Of a DNA stretch of 32,000 nt, positions 1 to 7,560 are shown one piece after another. Position 1 is the stretch's first letter, and every line of letters starts with the position of its first letter. The notes below the pieces were generated by a model, which saw only the letters and a program-made list of their open reading frames with translations, was not told the DNA's origin and did no database searches. The translations under genes and the position numbers were made by a program. The DNA comes from Sinorhizobium meliloti (lineage in GTDB: Bacteria; Pseudomonadota; Alphaproteobacteria; Rhizobiales; Rhizobiaceae), in contig NZ_JAGIOS010000002.1 in the NCBI RefSeq assembly GCF_017876815.1, positions 1,170,001 to 1,202,000 on the forward strand, read 5' to 3'.

Positions 1-287
1 TCGACGAAGGCGATGCGATCCTCGAAGAGGTTGGAATTCTGGTAGCCGAGCACGACCGCCAGCTTTCCCTCCCTTTCGGCGCGCTCGATATCGGCGGCCG
101 TTCTGGCGATAAGGATGAGGTCCGCGTTGTCACGCTCCATGTCTCGCCAGCGGGCAAGCGAGTCGAGAGACTCCATCGTCCCTTCCCAGAAACCGAGCGT
201 CGGCGTCACCGCGCTGTAGCCGCCCCGCCGCAGCGCCTCGAAGGACTCGCGGTTAAAATGTCCGCATTGAAGTGCATCGATGATCAT
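1..287 (-). CDS. Peptidase M19 (membrane/renal dipeptidase-like) family protein, N-terminal 95 codons; gene continues past the window start
   Basis: ATG at 287..285 on the minus strand, open to the window edge. Translation MIIDALQCGHFNRESFEALRRGGYSAVTPTLGFWEG...REGKLAVVLGYQNSNLFEDRIAFV resembles the N-terminus of bacterial M19 dipeptidase-like proteins (IDGLQ...GGVTA...GK.A...QN pattern). Absent from the ORF track because it is truncated. Confidence 0.6.
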   Translation of the reverse strand, partial: MIIDALQCGHFNRESFEALRRGGYSAVTPTLGFWEGTMESLDSLARWRDMERDNADLILIARTAADIERAEREGKLAVVLGYQNSNLFEDRIAFV

Positions 288-300
288 CGTCGTTTCCAGC

Positions 301-1029
301 TCAGTTATTGATTACGGTCGTGCCGTGCTGTGCGGCGCCGGCGATCAGCAGTGAGAGGTCCGTCTCGTCCTCGTCCTGCCGGCCGATGACCTTGCCGTCG
401 GCCTCGACGATGATCGGACCGGCGTGGCGGCGCGACACGTAGGAATCCGGCGCGAGCGCTTCGGCGGACCGGTGGAACAGCTGCCACCAGAGAGCCGCAT
501 CGACGGTCAGCCCGTTGCGCCGGATTCTTTCGAGAACCGTCACATCCATTCCCTTCCGGGCGGGCGAGACGACGATCTCGGCAGAGCCGGCTGTCTCGTC
601 GATGGCGACCTCAGCTTGCAGTCGAAAACGCTGCGCAAGAGCCTCGACAACCCTCAGTTCGCCGATTTCGGTGGCGCTACGGACCTCGACCCTCCCCGAA
701 CCCTGCGTGCGCAGACGCTCCGCTGCGAGATCGAGCACCGCATCGGCGGCGATCCACGCGTGCTGCCCGCCGCAGTCGACAGTTAGGCGTTCGGCGTCCG
801 CTGTTAGGCTCAGCGCATGCGGATTTGCCGATCGCACCGCCTCGAGGTTGTGAGCCAGGCGGCCGAAGCCGCCGAGGCCGAGCGCTGCGGAATAAAGGGC
901 GCAATCCCTGAGCGAGGGCACGAGGCCCGCGTCGAGCCGCGTGACCTGTATCAACCGCTCGAAGACCATCCGCAGTTCGCGAAGGCTGACAGTGAGGTTC
1001 GAAGGAAGGTTGGACTGGCAGGAACTCAT
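301..1029 (-). CDS. Hypothetical protein (242 aa), family not recognised
   Basis: Long ORF. The chosen ATG at 1029 forms an ATGA overlap (1026-1029) with the stop of the upstream gene. It lies 13 nt upstream of the dipeptidase start, so it is part of the same operon. Confidence 0.65.
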   Translation of the reverse strand: MSSCQSNLPSNLTVSLRELRMVFERLIQVTRLDAGLVPSLRDCALYSAALGLGGFGRLAHNLEAVRSANPHALSLTADAERLTVDCGGQHAWIAADAVLDLAAERLRTQGSGRVEVRSATEIGELRVVEALAQRFRLQAEVAIDETAGSAEIVVSPARKGMDVTVLERIRRNGLTVDAALWWQLFHRSAEALAPDSYVSRRHAGPIIVEADGKVIGRQDEDETDLSLLIAGAAQHGTTVINN

Positions 1030-2762
1030 AGGCTCGGCTCCGAAGGGTAGAACCACAGGTCGTCGGCGCTGCCGGCGGCAATGTCTTCCGGAACAGGCGC
1101 GCCGTGGAACAGAACGCCGCGCAGGTTGCGGTCGAGGAAATCGCGGGTCTTGTCGATGCCGTGGATGCCGACATTGAGAAGGCGGGTGATATGAGCCGGG
1201 GTGAAGGCTCCGCTCATGATGTCGGCATGCGGCGAGTGGAGGCCGGTGCCGGCAAGCGCCTGCACGCGCGTGGCGATCGCCCGGTGTTGGGGATGCGCAA
1301 GCAGGAAGCGGGCCGTGCTGAGGGTCGGATCGGCGGCGGCGAGGTCGCGGTCGAGGGCAACCACGAGCCGTGGCAGGTCGAGGCCGAGATTGACGACGTT
1401 GTCGCCGACTTCCGCAGCGGGGCCGCGGCGCGGCTCCTCGGCGGACACCGATTTGTACCAGACGTATCGCATTGCGGACTCGATATCGAGGTCGAGTCCG
1501 AAAGCCCAGGCGTAGTCATTTCTCAGGATCTCGCGCAGCCGGGCGACCGGCATTTCCGGCCGGCCCGTCAGCTCTTCATCGATGACGAGGCCTTCCACGA
1601 GCTGGTCGGCCTCTTCGGCGACGAGCTCTATGAGGAGGGAATGGAGGGTTTCCATGGCTTCCGCATGGACGCGGCACTCGAGGGACGCAGCAAGCTCGGC
1701 AAAGGGCTCGCTTTCGAAACGGCTGCCGCTCTGCCAGCGGGCAAGCAAATTCGCAACGGCGTCGCGGATCACGCCGAGTTCCCGCGCCACGACATCGGAG
1801 CGCGTGACGTTCTCGTACTGCACGCGGTCCTCGGACCGGAAGGTTATCGCCTTGTCGACAAGGCTCAGCAGTTTGGCAATCTCCGAGCCCGCTTCGTCCG
1901 GTGTGAGCGCCTTGGCACGTGCGATCGCCTCCTCGCGGATGAACAGCCATCGCTCGATCAGGCGCGGGTGATTGTTGACGAAGAGCATCAGGCCAAGCGC
2001 CGAGCCGTTGCCGACCCCGAGGAAGCGGCGAAGCTCGATCGCCATCTGCGGGGCGGCAGGGGCTTCGAGCCGGACGAGATGGGCAAGGAGATCCTGGGCA
2101 AAGACGCGCATCATATAAGCGCAGAGCATCTGGGCGGCGAGCGACCAGCGCAGCGGGTGATCGCCCTCATAGGCGAGGAAGGATTTGGTCCCGAAGGTAC
2201 CATTGCCGTCGAGGCCGGTATTGCGCATCAGGTAGCAGGTCTGGGCGAGCTCGGCGACGTTGGGCTGGCGGCCGGCCTGGAGCGCTGCCTTTGCGCCTTC
2301 GAAGAAGCGGCCGCTGCGGTTGGAGCGGCACCAGATCAACGTTGCGGGTGTGGCGCGGCCCTCATAGAGCTTCGGAAGCTCGGCTCGGGTCGTTTCGAAA
2401 TCCCGCTCGCTCATGTCGCCTTCAACCAGAGCGCCCATCATATCCCAGGCCCGGCCGATGATGCGGCCCGTACGGCCGTGCGGCGAGGGCTCGAATGAAT
2501 AGACGGGAAAGCTGAAGCGCCAGCCGCCGATGTCGATGCGGTATTCGGCGACGCCGTTGCCCTTGGCGTCGATGTCGAAGCGCTTGCATAGGATCTGCCA
2601 GCGCTGGCGAACGGCGCGGCTCATCAGCGCGCGTGAGGCGCTGATGCGTGAAGGCTGGATGGCGGCGAGCTTTTCTGGCTTCATGATGTCGGCCGGGGAA
2701 CGCATCAGCCGCGCGATGCGGTGAGCCTCCGACTCCGGCGCGGGTTTCTTCAGGGCGCTCAT
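1026..2762 (-). CDS. Conserved-looking hypothetical protein (578 aa), family not recognised
   Basis: The ORF track gives 1026..2990, but its first 76 codons are Arg/Pro/Ser-rich junk overlapping the IclR gene. The ATG at 2762 (MSALKKPAPE...) is preceded by GAGGAG 8 nt upstream and lies 1 nt after the IclR stop. Confidence 0.75.
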   Translation of the reverse strand: MSALKKPAPESEAHRIARLMRSPADIMKPEKLAAIQPSRISASRALMSRAVRQRWQILCKRFDIDAKGNGVAEYRIDIGGWRFSFPVYSFEPSPHGRTGRIIGRAWDMMGALVEGDMSERDFETTRAELPKLYEGRATPATLIWCRSNRSGRFFEGAKAALQAGRQPNVAELAQTCYLMRNTGLDGNGTFGTKSFLAYEGDHPLRWSLAAQMLCAYMMRVFAQDLLAHLVRLEAPAAPQMAIELRRFLGVGNGSALGLMLFVNNHPRLIERWLFIREEAIARAKALTPDEAGSEIAKLLSLVDKAITFRSEDRVQYENVTRSDVVARELGVIRDAVANLLARWQSGSRFESEPFAELAASLECRVHAEAMETLHSLLIELVAEEADQLVEGLVIDEELTGRPEMPVARLREILRNDYAWAFGLDLDIESAMRYVWYKSVSAEEPRRGPAAEVGDNVVNLGLDLPRLVVALDRDLAAADPTLSTARFLLAHPQHRAIATRVQALAGTGLHSPHADIMSGAFTPAHITRLLNVGIHGIDKTRDFLDRNLRGVLFHGAPVPEDIAAGSADDLWFYPSEPSL

Positions 2763-2763
2763 T

Positions 2764-3483
2764 TCATTGTTCTCCTCGCAGGCGCGCGGCGCTTGCCGCC
2801 GCTGCTGCGACGACGATCCGGGCGCACTTGTCAGTATCGAAACCTGTGAACGGGCCGGAAAGCGCAAGCGCGCCGATGCATTCGCCCTGCGCATCGATGA
2901 TCGGGGCGGCGACCGCCGATACGGTCCGTGGCCCCTCGACCTCCGAAATGGCGTAGCCGCACTTGCGCACCCCGGTGATGGTCTCGTCATCCGGCAGTTC
3001 GACGCCCTGCGCCCTCAGCCGGTCGACTATTTCCGGACGCGAGAACGATACGAGCACCCGACCGAAGGCGGTGCGATCGAGGCGGAGCTGCGTTCCGATC
3101 CGAAGGTCCGCGCGAAGGACGCCGCGCGACTCGACCCGCCGAACGATGACGGCGGATTTTCCGTCGAGAACGGCGAGCGAGGCGGTCTCACCGCTCTCCG
3201 TGACCATCTCTTCCAGGACGCCTGCAAAGCGCACGCCGAGATTGGATTGTTCGAGCGCCATGGCCGCGTGTCCGACGATGCGAAGCGTCAAACGATAGCG
3301 GCCGTCGGGCGTCTGCTCGATCCATCCGGCTTCCACCAGAGTGACGAGGCGCTGATGGGCCGCACCCCGCGCTTCGCCGAGTTGGCGCGCGATGCCGACG
3401 AGGCGCAACGGCTCCGGTGCCGCGGCGATACACTCGAACGCTGCGAGGGTCTTGAGCACCGATGATAAGGGGCGAACCGACAT
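2764..3483 (-). CDS. IclR family transcriptional regulator
   Basis: N-terminal wHTH (LKTLAAFECIAAAPEPLRLVGIARQLGEARGAAHQRLVTLVEAGWIEQ) and a C-terminal IclR effector domain (SLAVLDG...RRVES, CGYAISEVE, AVAAPI.D..G..IGALALSGP). Start set at the ATG at 3483 (MSVRPLSS...); the 29 upstream codons in the track lie in AT-rich promoter DNA. Confidence 0.9.
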   Translation of the reverse strand: MSVRPLSSVLKTLAAFECIAAAPEPLRLVGIARQLGEARGAAHQRLVTLVEAGWIEQTPDGRYRLTLRIVGHAAMALEQSNLGVRFAGVLEEMVTESGETASLAVLDGKSAVIVRRVESRGVLRADLRIGTQLRLDRTAFGRVLVSFSRPEIVDRLRAQGVELPDDETITGVRKCGYAISEVEGPRTVSAVAAPIIDAQGECIGALALSGPFTGFDTDKCARIVVAAAAASAARLRGEQ

Positions 3484-3510
3484 TTTCTCAAAAATTCCGT
3501 AAAACCTCTT

Positions 3511-3527
3511 GTCTTCTATTAGAAGAC
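3511..3527. promoter_or_regulatory. Perfect palindrome GTCTTCTA-T-TAGAAGAC, candidate IclR operator
   Basis: 8-bp perfect inverted arms with a 1-nt spacer, 28 nt upstream of the IclR start codon, in the only AT-rich stretch of that upstream region. Confidence 0.4.
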
Positions 3528-3871
3528 ATCGTATGTATATGTTGGACATAGATCTGCTTTCTGTCAACATCGTTCTGCGCGAACGACGGGTATTTTTTCG
3601 CGCCGAATTGGTGCTCGCTTCATGAACAGAAAAATCGGAAGCCTTTCAGCGGCTTGAACTGTGAAGCTAGCATCGTCGCGGACGAGCCAATATCGCGCCC
3701 AGGCTCAATTGCCGGCCGCGACGCGCCAAATTTTAAGAATTGCGGGCGAGAGGCTCTCGGAGCACTTCCACTACGCGCTCAGGTTCGAGCCGAACGGTTC
3801 GGGCGTCAGCCCCGACCCGGACGCACCTCCCGGTCTCCGGGGCGGTGGTTTTCATCGGGCCCTGTCGCGAC

Positions 3872-4852
3872 CTACTGACCGAGAGAAACGACGACGTTGC
3901 CGATGGTTTTTCCGCTTTCGACCGCCTCGTGGGCCGCGGCGATGTCGTCCAGCGCGTATGTTCCGGCGATATGATGCCTGAGAAGCCCGGATGCGAGCTG
4001 CCCTTGAAGCGCGCTGACGGTCTCGGTGCGCGCTTCCGGCGACATCTCATAGACGATGAAGAACCGCGCCGCAGCGCCGGCGAGTATCATCGGAAAGAAC
4101 TCGAATGAGACTACGGGCTTACTGGAACCGTAGATCACGCAAAGACCGTCCCGCGCTATGATGCATGGCAGCATCGCGACATTCGTGGCGGCGTCCACCT
4201 CTATGACTCGGTCGACGCCGCGCCCGTGGGTAATGCCCCCTATCCGGTCGACGACCTCTTCCGTTCTGTAGTTGACCGTGTGGTCGGCTCCGAGCCTCGT
4301 GCAGATTTCGGCCTTTTCCGACGAACTGACGGTCGTGATGATACACGCCGCGCCATAAAGCCTCGCGAACTGAATGGCGTAAGCGCCGACTGCGCCCGCG
4401 CCTCCGGTCACCAGCACGGTTTTTCCGAATACGCCTCCGTCCGTGGTCACCGCGCGAAGTGCCGTCAGCGCCGGAATGCCGAGGCAGGCGCCCTCCTCGA
4501 AAGATACGTTATCGGGCAGGTGAACCGCCTGATCCTGTGGAAGGACGACATATTCGGCAGCCGTACCGTTCGAACGTCGCCAGGCGGCATTCCAGGTCCA
4601 TACCCGCTCGCCGATGCGCTCGCCTGCGACGCCCGTTCCCACGGCGTCGATAATGCCTGCGCCATCACTGTGCGGGATCATTCGCGGGGCAATGAGCGGC
4701 CGTCCCGCCCGCGCCTTCACATCGGACGGATTGACGCCGGACGCATGTATGCGGACGCGGACCTCTCCTGGGCCGGGAAGCGGGTCGGGAAGCCCGCCGA
4801 CCTCAAGGACATCGCGGGCGGCGCCATTCTTCTCGTACCATGCAGCTCTCAT
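3872..4852 (-). CDS. NADPH:quinone oxidoreductase / zinc-type alcohol dehydrogenase-like (MDR superfamily) protein
   Basis: 326 aa. GroES-like N-terminus (MRAAWYEKNG...GPGEVRVRIHASGVNPSDVKARAG) and a Rossmann motif (VLVTGGAGAVGAYAIQFA). The ATG at 4852 overlaps the stop of the upstream GGDEF gene (ATGA, 4849-4852). Confidence 0.9.
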   Translation of the reverse strand: MRAAWYEKNGAARDVLEVGGLPDPLPGPGEVRVRIHASGVNPSDVKARAGRPLIAPRMIPHSDGAGIIDAVGTGVAGERIGERVWTWNAAWRRSNGTAAEYVVLPQDQAVHLPDNVSFEEGACLGIPALTALRAVTTDGGVFGKTVLVTGGAGAVGAYAIQFARLYGAACIITTVSSSEKAEICTRLGADHTVNYRTEEVVDRIGGITHGRGVDRVIEVDAATNVAMLPCIIARDGLCVIYGSSKPVVSFEFFPMILAGAAARFFIVYEMSPEARTETVSALQGQLASGLLRHHIAGTYALDDIAAAHEAVESGKTIGNVVVSLGQ

Positions 4853-5892
4853 TGTCGTTGTCTCCGTAAGGCGTCGAGGATGACGAACCGGTCGCGGCCG
4901 TCACGCTTTGCCGAGTAGAGAGCCTTGTCGCAGCTGTTCAGCAGCTCCGCTCGTCGCTGCCCGTTGAGCGGGGCAAGGGCGCCGCCGATGCTGATGCGTG
5001 CAAGGACCGCCTTGCCGTCGACCTGGAAGGGTTCGCGAAAGGCCGCTACCAGCCGCTGCGAGACCGCTGCCAGGGCCGGTGCGTTGGGCGGATTTGGAAT
5101 GAAAACGGCGAATTCGTCGCCGCCCATGCGGATCGCGATATCGCCTGCTCTGATGACCGAGCGAATTCGGTTGGCGGCTTCGTACAAAACCTCGTCGCCG
5201 GCGTGATGGCCAAGCTCGTCGTTGATCGCTTTGAAACCATCCATGTCGAGATAAAGAGCGCCGAAGGTCTGACCCGCGGCGATGGCGTTGTGGAGAGCCC
5301 CGTCGACGATCGACGACAGGGCCGAGCGGTTGAACAGGCCGGTCAACGGATCGGTAATGGCCGCATTCTGTAGTTGGTTATGGGCGAGCCCCATCACGAG
5401 ATTTGCCTTCTGCAAGCTCAAAAGCGCACTGGCGACAGCCGCAAATCGGCGCAGGTTCTGCGCCTGCCCGTCGGAAAGATGCCTGGGCCGGACATCGAGG
5501 ATGCAGAAGCTGCCGACGGGCAGGTTCTCGAGATAGACGGGCGTGCCGGCGTAAAAGCGGAAGTGCGGGCTTCCGACCACATATGGTCTCGTCTTCAGCT
5601 CACGGTCTTCCGCCAGGTCCGGGACAATGAGGAGTTCGTCTGCGAAGACGACCCGCGTGCATATGGACATCTCGCGCGAGCATTCGCCGATCCTGAAGCC
5701 CGCCTGACCGGCGATCCGCTGCCAGTCTTCGTCGATGATGTTGATGGCGGCGTAAGAAACGTCGAAGATGCCTTTGGCAAGCTCGGCCAGGGTCGCGAGT
5801 TCGGGCGTGGGAGCGCTGCCGATTGAATTGAGCGAACGGACTGCGAGCAACCTTTGACGTTCGTTCGTGGGCATTCGTACGGCTTGTCCCAT
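4849..5892 (-). CDS. GAF domain-containing diguanylate cyclase (GGDEF) with RxxD I-site
   Basis: 347 aa. GAF-like N-terminal half, then DPLTGLFNR...YLDMDGFKAINDELGHHAGD...RAGDIAIRMGGDEFAV...ALYSAKRDGRDRF. RxxD sits 5 residues before GGDEF. GAGGGAG RBS lies upstream of the ATG at 5892. Confidence 0.9.
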   Translation of the reverse strand: MGQAVRMPTNERQRLLAVRSLNSIGSAPTPELATLAELAKGIFDVSYAAINIIDEDWQRIAGQAGFRIGECSREMSICTRVVFADELLIVPDLAEDRELKTRPYVVGSPHFRFYAGTPVYLENLPVGSFCILDVRPRHLSDGQAQNLRRFAAVASALLSLQKANLVMGLAHNQLQNAAITDPLTGLFNRSALSSIVDGALHNAIAAGQTFGALYLDMDGFKAINDELGHHAGDEVLYEAANRIRSVIRAGDIAIRMGGDEFAVFIPNPPNAPALAAVSQRLVAAFREPFQVDGKAVLARISIGGALAPLNGQRRAELLNSCDKALYSAKRDGRDRFVILDALRRQRQ

Positions 5893-6013
5893 TTCTATCT
5901 CCCTCGTTCGTGAAAGATGGCGATCCAGGCGACCCGTCCCTTGCCAGGGGAAAGTTCAGCGGCCTTCCGACCTATCGCAGAAAAATGTCGGCGCGCTATC
6001 CTTAAACCTTAGA

Positions 6014-6124
6014 GCGGGATGAGGAAAAATGTGTGCGGTTTTCCGCCCGCATCCCGCGTCTCAACTTCTTGGAATCGATCACGTTCATGCTTTCAGGTCG
6101 ACCCGACCTAAGAGCATCGTGATC
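6014..6124. repeat. Two adjacent extended imperfect hairpins (REP/RIME-like intergenic element or structured RNA)
   Basis: Hairpin 1: GCGGGATG (6014-6021) pairs with CATCCCGC (6050-6057), enclosing GCGG-TTTT-CCGC (6035-6046). Hairpin 2: GATCACG..ATGCT..AGGTCG-ACC-CGACCT..AGCAT-CGTGATC (6077-6124), 18 paired positions. Confidence 0.35.
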
Positions 6125-6327
6125 TAGAGTAATGCGGGGACTCTCGTTCACCCGCCGAAGTTTTGCGCAGTTCACCACCGAAACATGCAAATTTGAGGGT
6201 TGTTCAACACAGAATACCATTCAATCGTGACGAAACGCGGCGAAGCGGCTCAAGTCCGGGCGTAGCGTCGCAGAATAGTTGCGGCAGCGTATCAGCCGAA
6301 CCGGCTGTCCTCAGTGAGTAATTGGAC

Positions 6328-7560
6328 ATGATCCTCAATCATCGGCTCACGCGTATTACCGTCGGCATCCTCCTCCTGGCGCTTGCAATTGCCGTCCTGC
6401 TGCCCGGATTGACTGGCTACAGCAGCCTGGATGGGACGGTAAACGCACGCCTTGCCGTCATAAATGCGCCGATCGACGGCGAGATCGAGAAACCGGCGCC
6501 TCGAATCGGAACGCCGGTGGCAGAGGGTGAAACGCTCGCGACGATCCGTAACCAGCGGGTCAACAGGGCGATCCTGGCGTCGCTGCGCACCGATCATCGA
6601 ACCGCCGTCGAGCGCGTCGCGGCGCTGCGGCGGGAGCGGGATGAACTCGCGCGATTGCGGGATGATCTTGCCGGGCGGCTCGACATCTTCAGGAACGCGA
6701 CCATCGCCAGCCTGGAGCGCGAGGTCCAGATCCTGCAGAAAAGGGTCGAGGTGTCGCGCGCGCAGGACGTCGTGGCAAGGGTTGACCTCGTCCGGCGGCA
6801 GGACCTGGAGTCCAAGGGGATCTTCACCCGCAAGATGGTGGAGGCGGCGCAAGCCGCCGGTGCGGCCGCCGGCGGCGAGCTCGAGATCAGCAATTTGACG
6901 GTGGAGTTGCTGCAGCAACGCCTCAACGCCGTGCGTCAGGGGATATTCCTCGTCGGCGACGGCCAGAACGACGTGCCTTACTCCCGGCAGCGCCAGGACG
7001 AGGTGATCGTTCGCATCCACGATCTCAATACGCGAATCGCGGAGAATGAGGCACGGGCAAAACAGACGGACCAGCAGATAGCCGAGGAGGAGAGGCGGGT
7101 TCTAAGTCTCGAAGCCGCGACGATCCCGTCGCCCTTCGATGGCGTCGTGTGGAGCCGTAACGTCATTAGCGGTTCCAATGTCGTTCTGAACAACGAGATG
7201 ATGCGCATCCTCGATTGCCGCGAGTTGTTCGTCGATATTCTGGTCCCTGAAGTCGATTATGACGAGATCTATCCCGGCCGCGAGGCGGAGGTCCGGCTTT
7301 TCGGTCGCGGCGATGTGTTCCGGGGCCGCGTACAGGCGGTCAAGGGATCGTCCGCGGTCGTGGAAAAGGACTCGCTGGCGGCCAACGAGCCGGAGACGGA
7401 GGAGCGAAATGCCCGCATCCGCGTCACGCTCGCTCCGTCGGCACTCAACACCGATTTTGCGAATTTCTGTCAGGTTGGGCGAACGGCGCAGGTTCGTTTC
7501 TCCAAGCGCAGCCTTCACCTGGCGCAGTGGGTTCAAAGCTTGTGGTTCAGTCTCTTCTAG
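6328..7560 (+). CDS. bgsB: HlyD-family membrane fusion-like protein, partner of the glucan synthase (BgsB-like)
   Basis: N-terminal TM segment (ITVGILLLALAIAVLLPGL), lipoyl-like hairpin motifs (LDGTVNARLAVINAPIDGEI, GETLATIRNQ), a long coiled-coil middle and a beta-barrel C-terminus (IPSPFDGVVWSRNV.SGSNV). The track start is TTG at 6322; ATG at 6328 is preferred. The symbol is from memory of the S. meliloti bgsBA architecture. Confidence 0.75.
   Translation: MILNHRLTRITVGILLLALAIAVLLPGLTGYSSLDGTVNARLAVINAPIDGEIEKPAPRIGTPVAEGETLATIRNQRVNRAILASLRTDHRTAVERVAALRRERDELARLRDDLAGRLDIFRNATIASLEREVQILQKRVEVSRAQDVVARVDLVRRQDLESKGIFTRKMVEAAQAAGAAAGGELEISNLTVELLQQRLNAVRQGIFLVGDGQNDVPYSRQRQDEVIVRIHDLNTRIAENEARAKQTDQQIAEEERRVLSLEAATIPSPFDGVVWSRNVISGSNVVLNNEMMRILDCRELFVDILVPEVDYDEIYPGREAEVRLFGRGDVFRGRVQAVKGSSAVVEKDSLAANEPETEERNARIRVTLAPSALNTDFANFCQVGRTAQVRFSKRSLHLAQWVQSLWFSLF

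Noticed and set aside
1104-2498. 464-aa ORF on the plus strand, antisense to the 578-aa gene. Similar long antisense ORFs occur at 10604..11686, 11683..13047, 18928..19812, 26954..27868, 29121..29735 and 31060..31995.
   Set aside because: These are typical shadow ORFs of GC-rich DNA. They are Arg/Ala/Gly/Pro-rich, have no RBS, and each lies exactly opposite a gene with clear family motifs.
2763-2990. N-terminal extensions offered by the ORF track: 1026..2990, 2764..3570, 11419..13032, 16345..17037, 16715..17572, 23438..23998 and 25538..26860.
   Set aside because: The extensions overlap neighbouring genes or run through AT-rich promoter DNA. They have Arg/Pro/Ser-rich composition and lack an RBS. 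Internal starts with an RBS and homolog-like N-termini were preferred.
3629-3655. Possible intrinsic terminator downstream of the quinone oxidoreductase (minus strand AAGCC-GCTGAAA-GGCTT followed by CCGATTTTT).
   Set aside because: The stem is only 5 bp and lies about 220 nt from the stop codon, so it is too weak to report as a feature.
3733-3855. Short minus-strand ORF MKTTAPETGRCVRVGADARTVRLEPERVVEVLREPLARNS downstream of the oxidoreductase.
   Set aside because: It has no RBS and no recognisable family. It is the tail of an out-of-frame ORF overlapping the qor gene.
6002-6220. 72-aa minus-strand ORF in the cyclase/synthase spacer.
   Set aside because: It has no RBS, spans the hairpin-rich repeat, and its peptide resembles translated intergenic repeat sequence rather than a protein.
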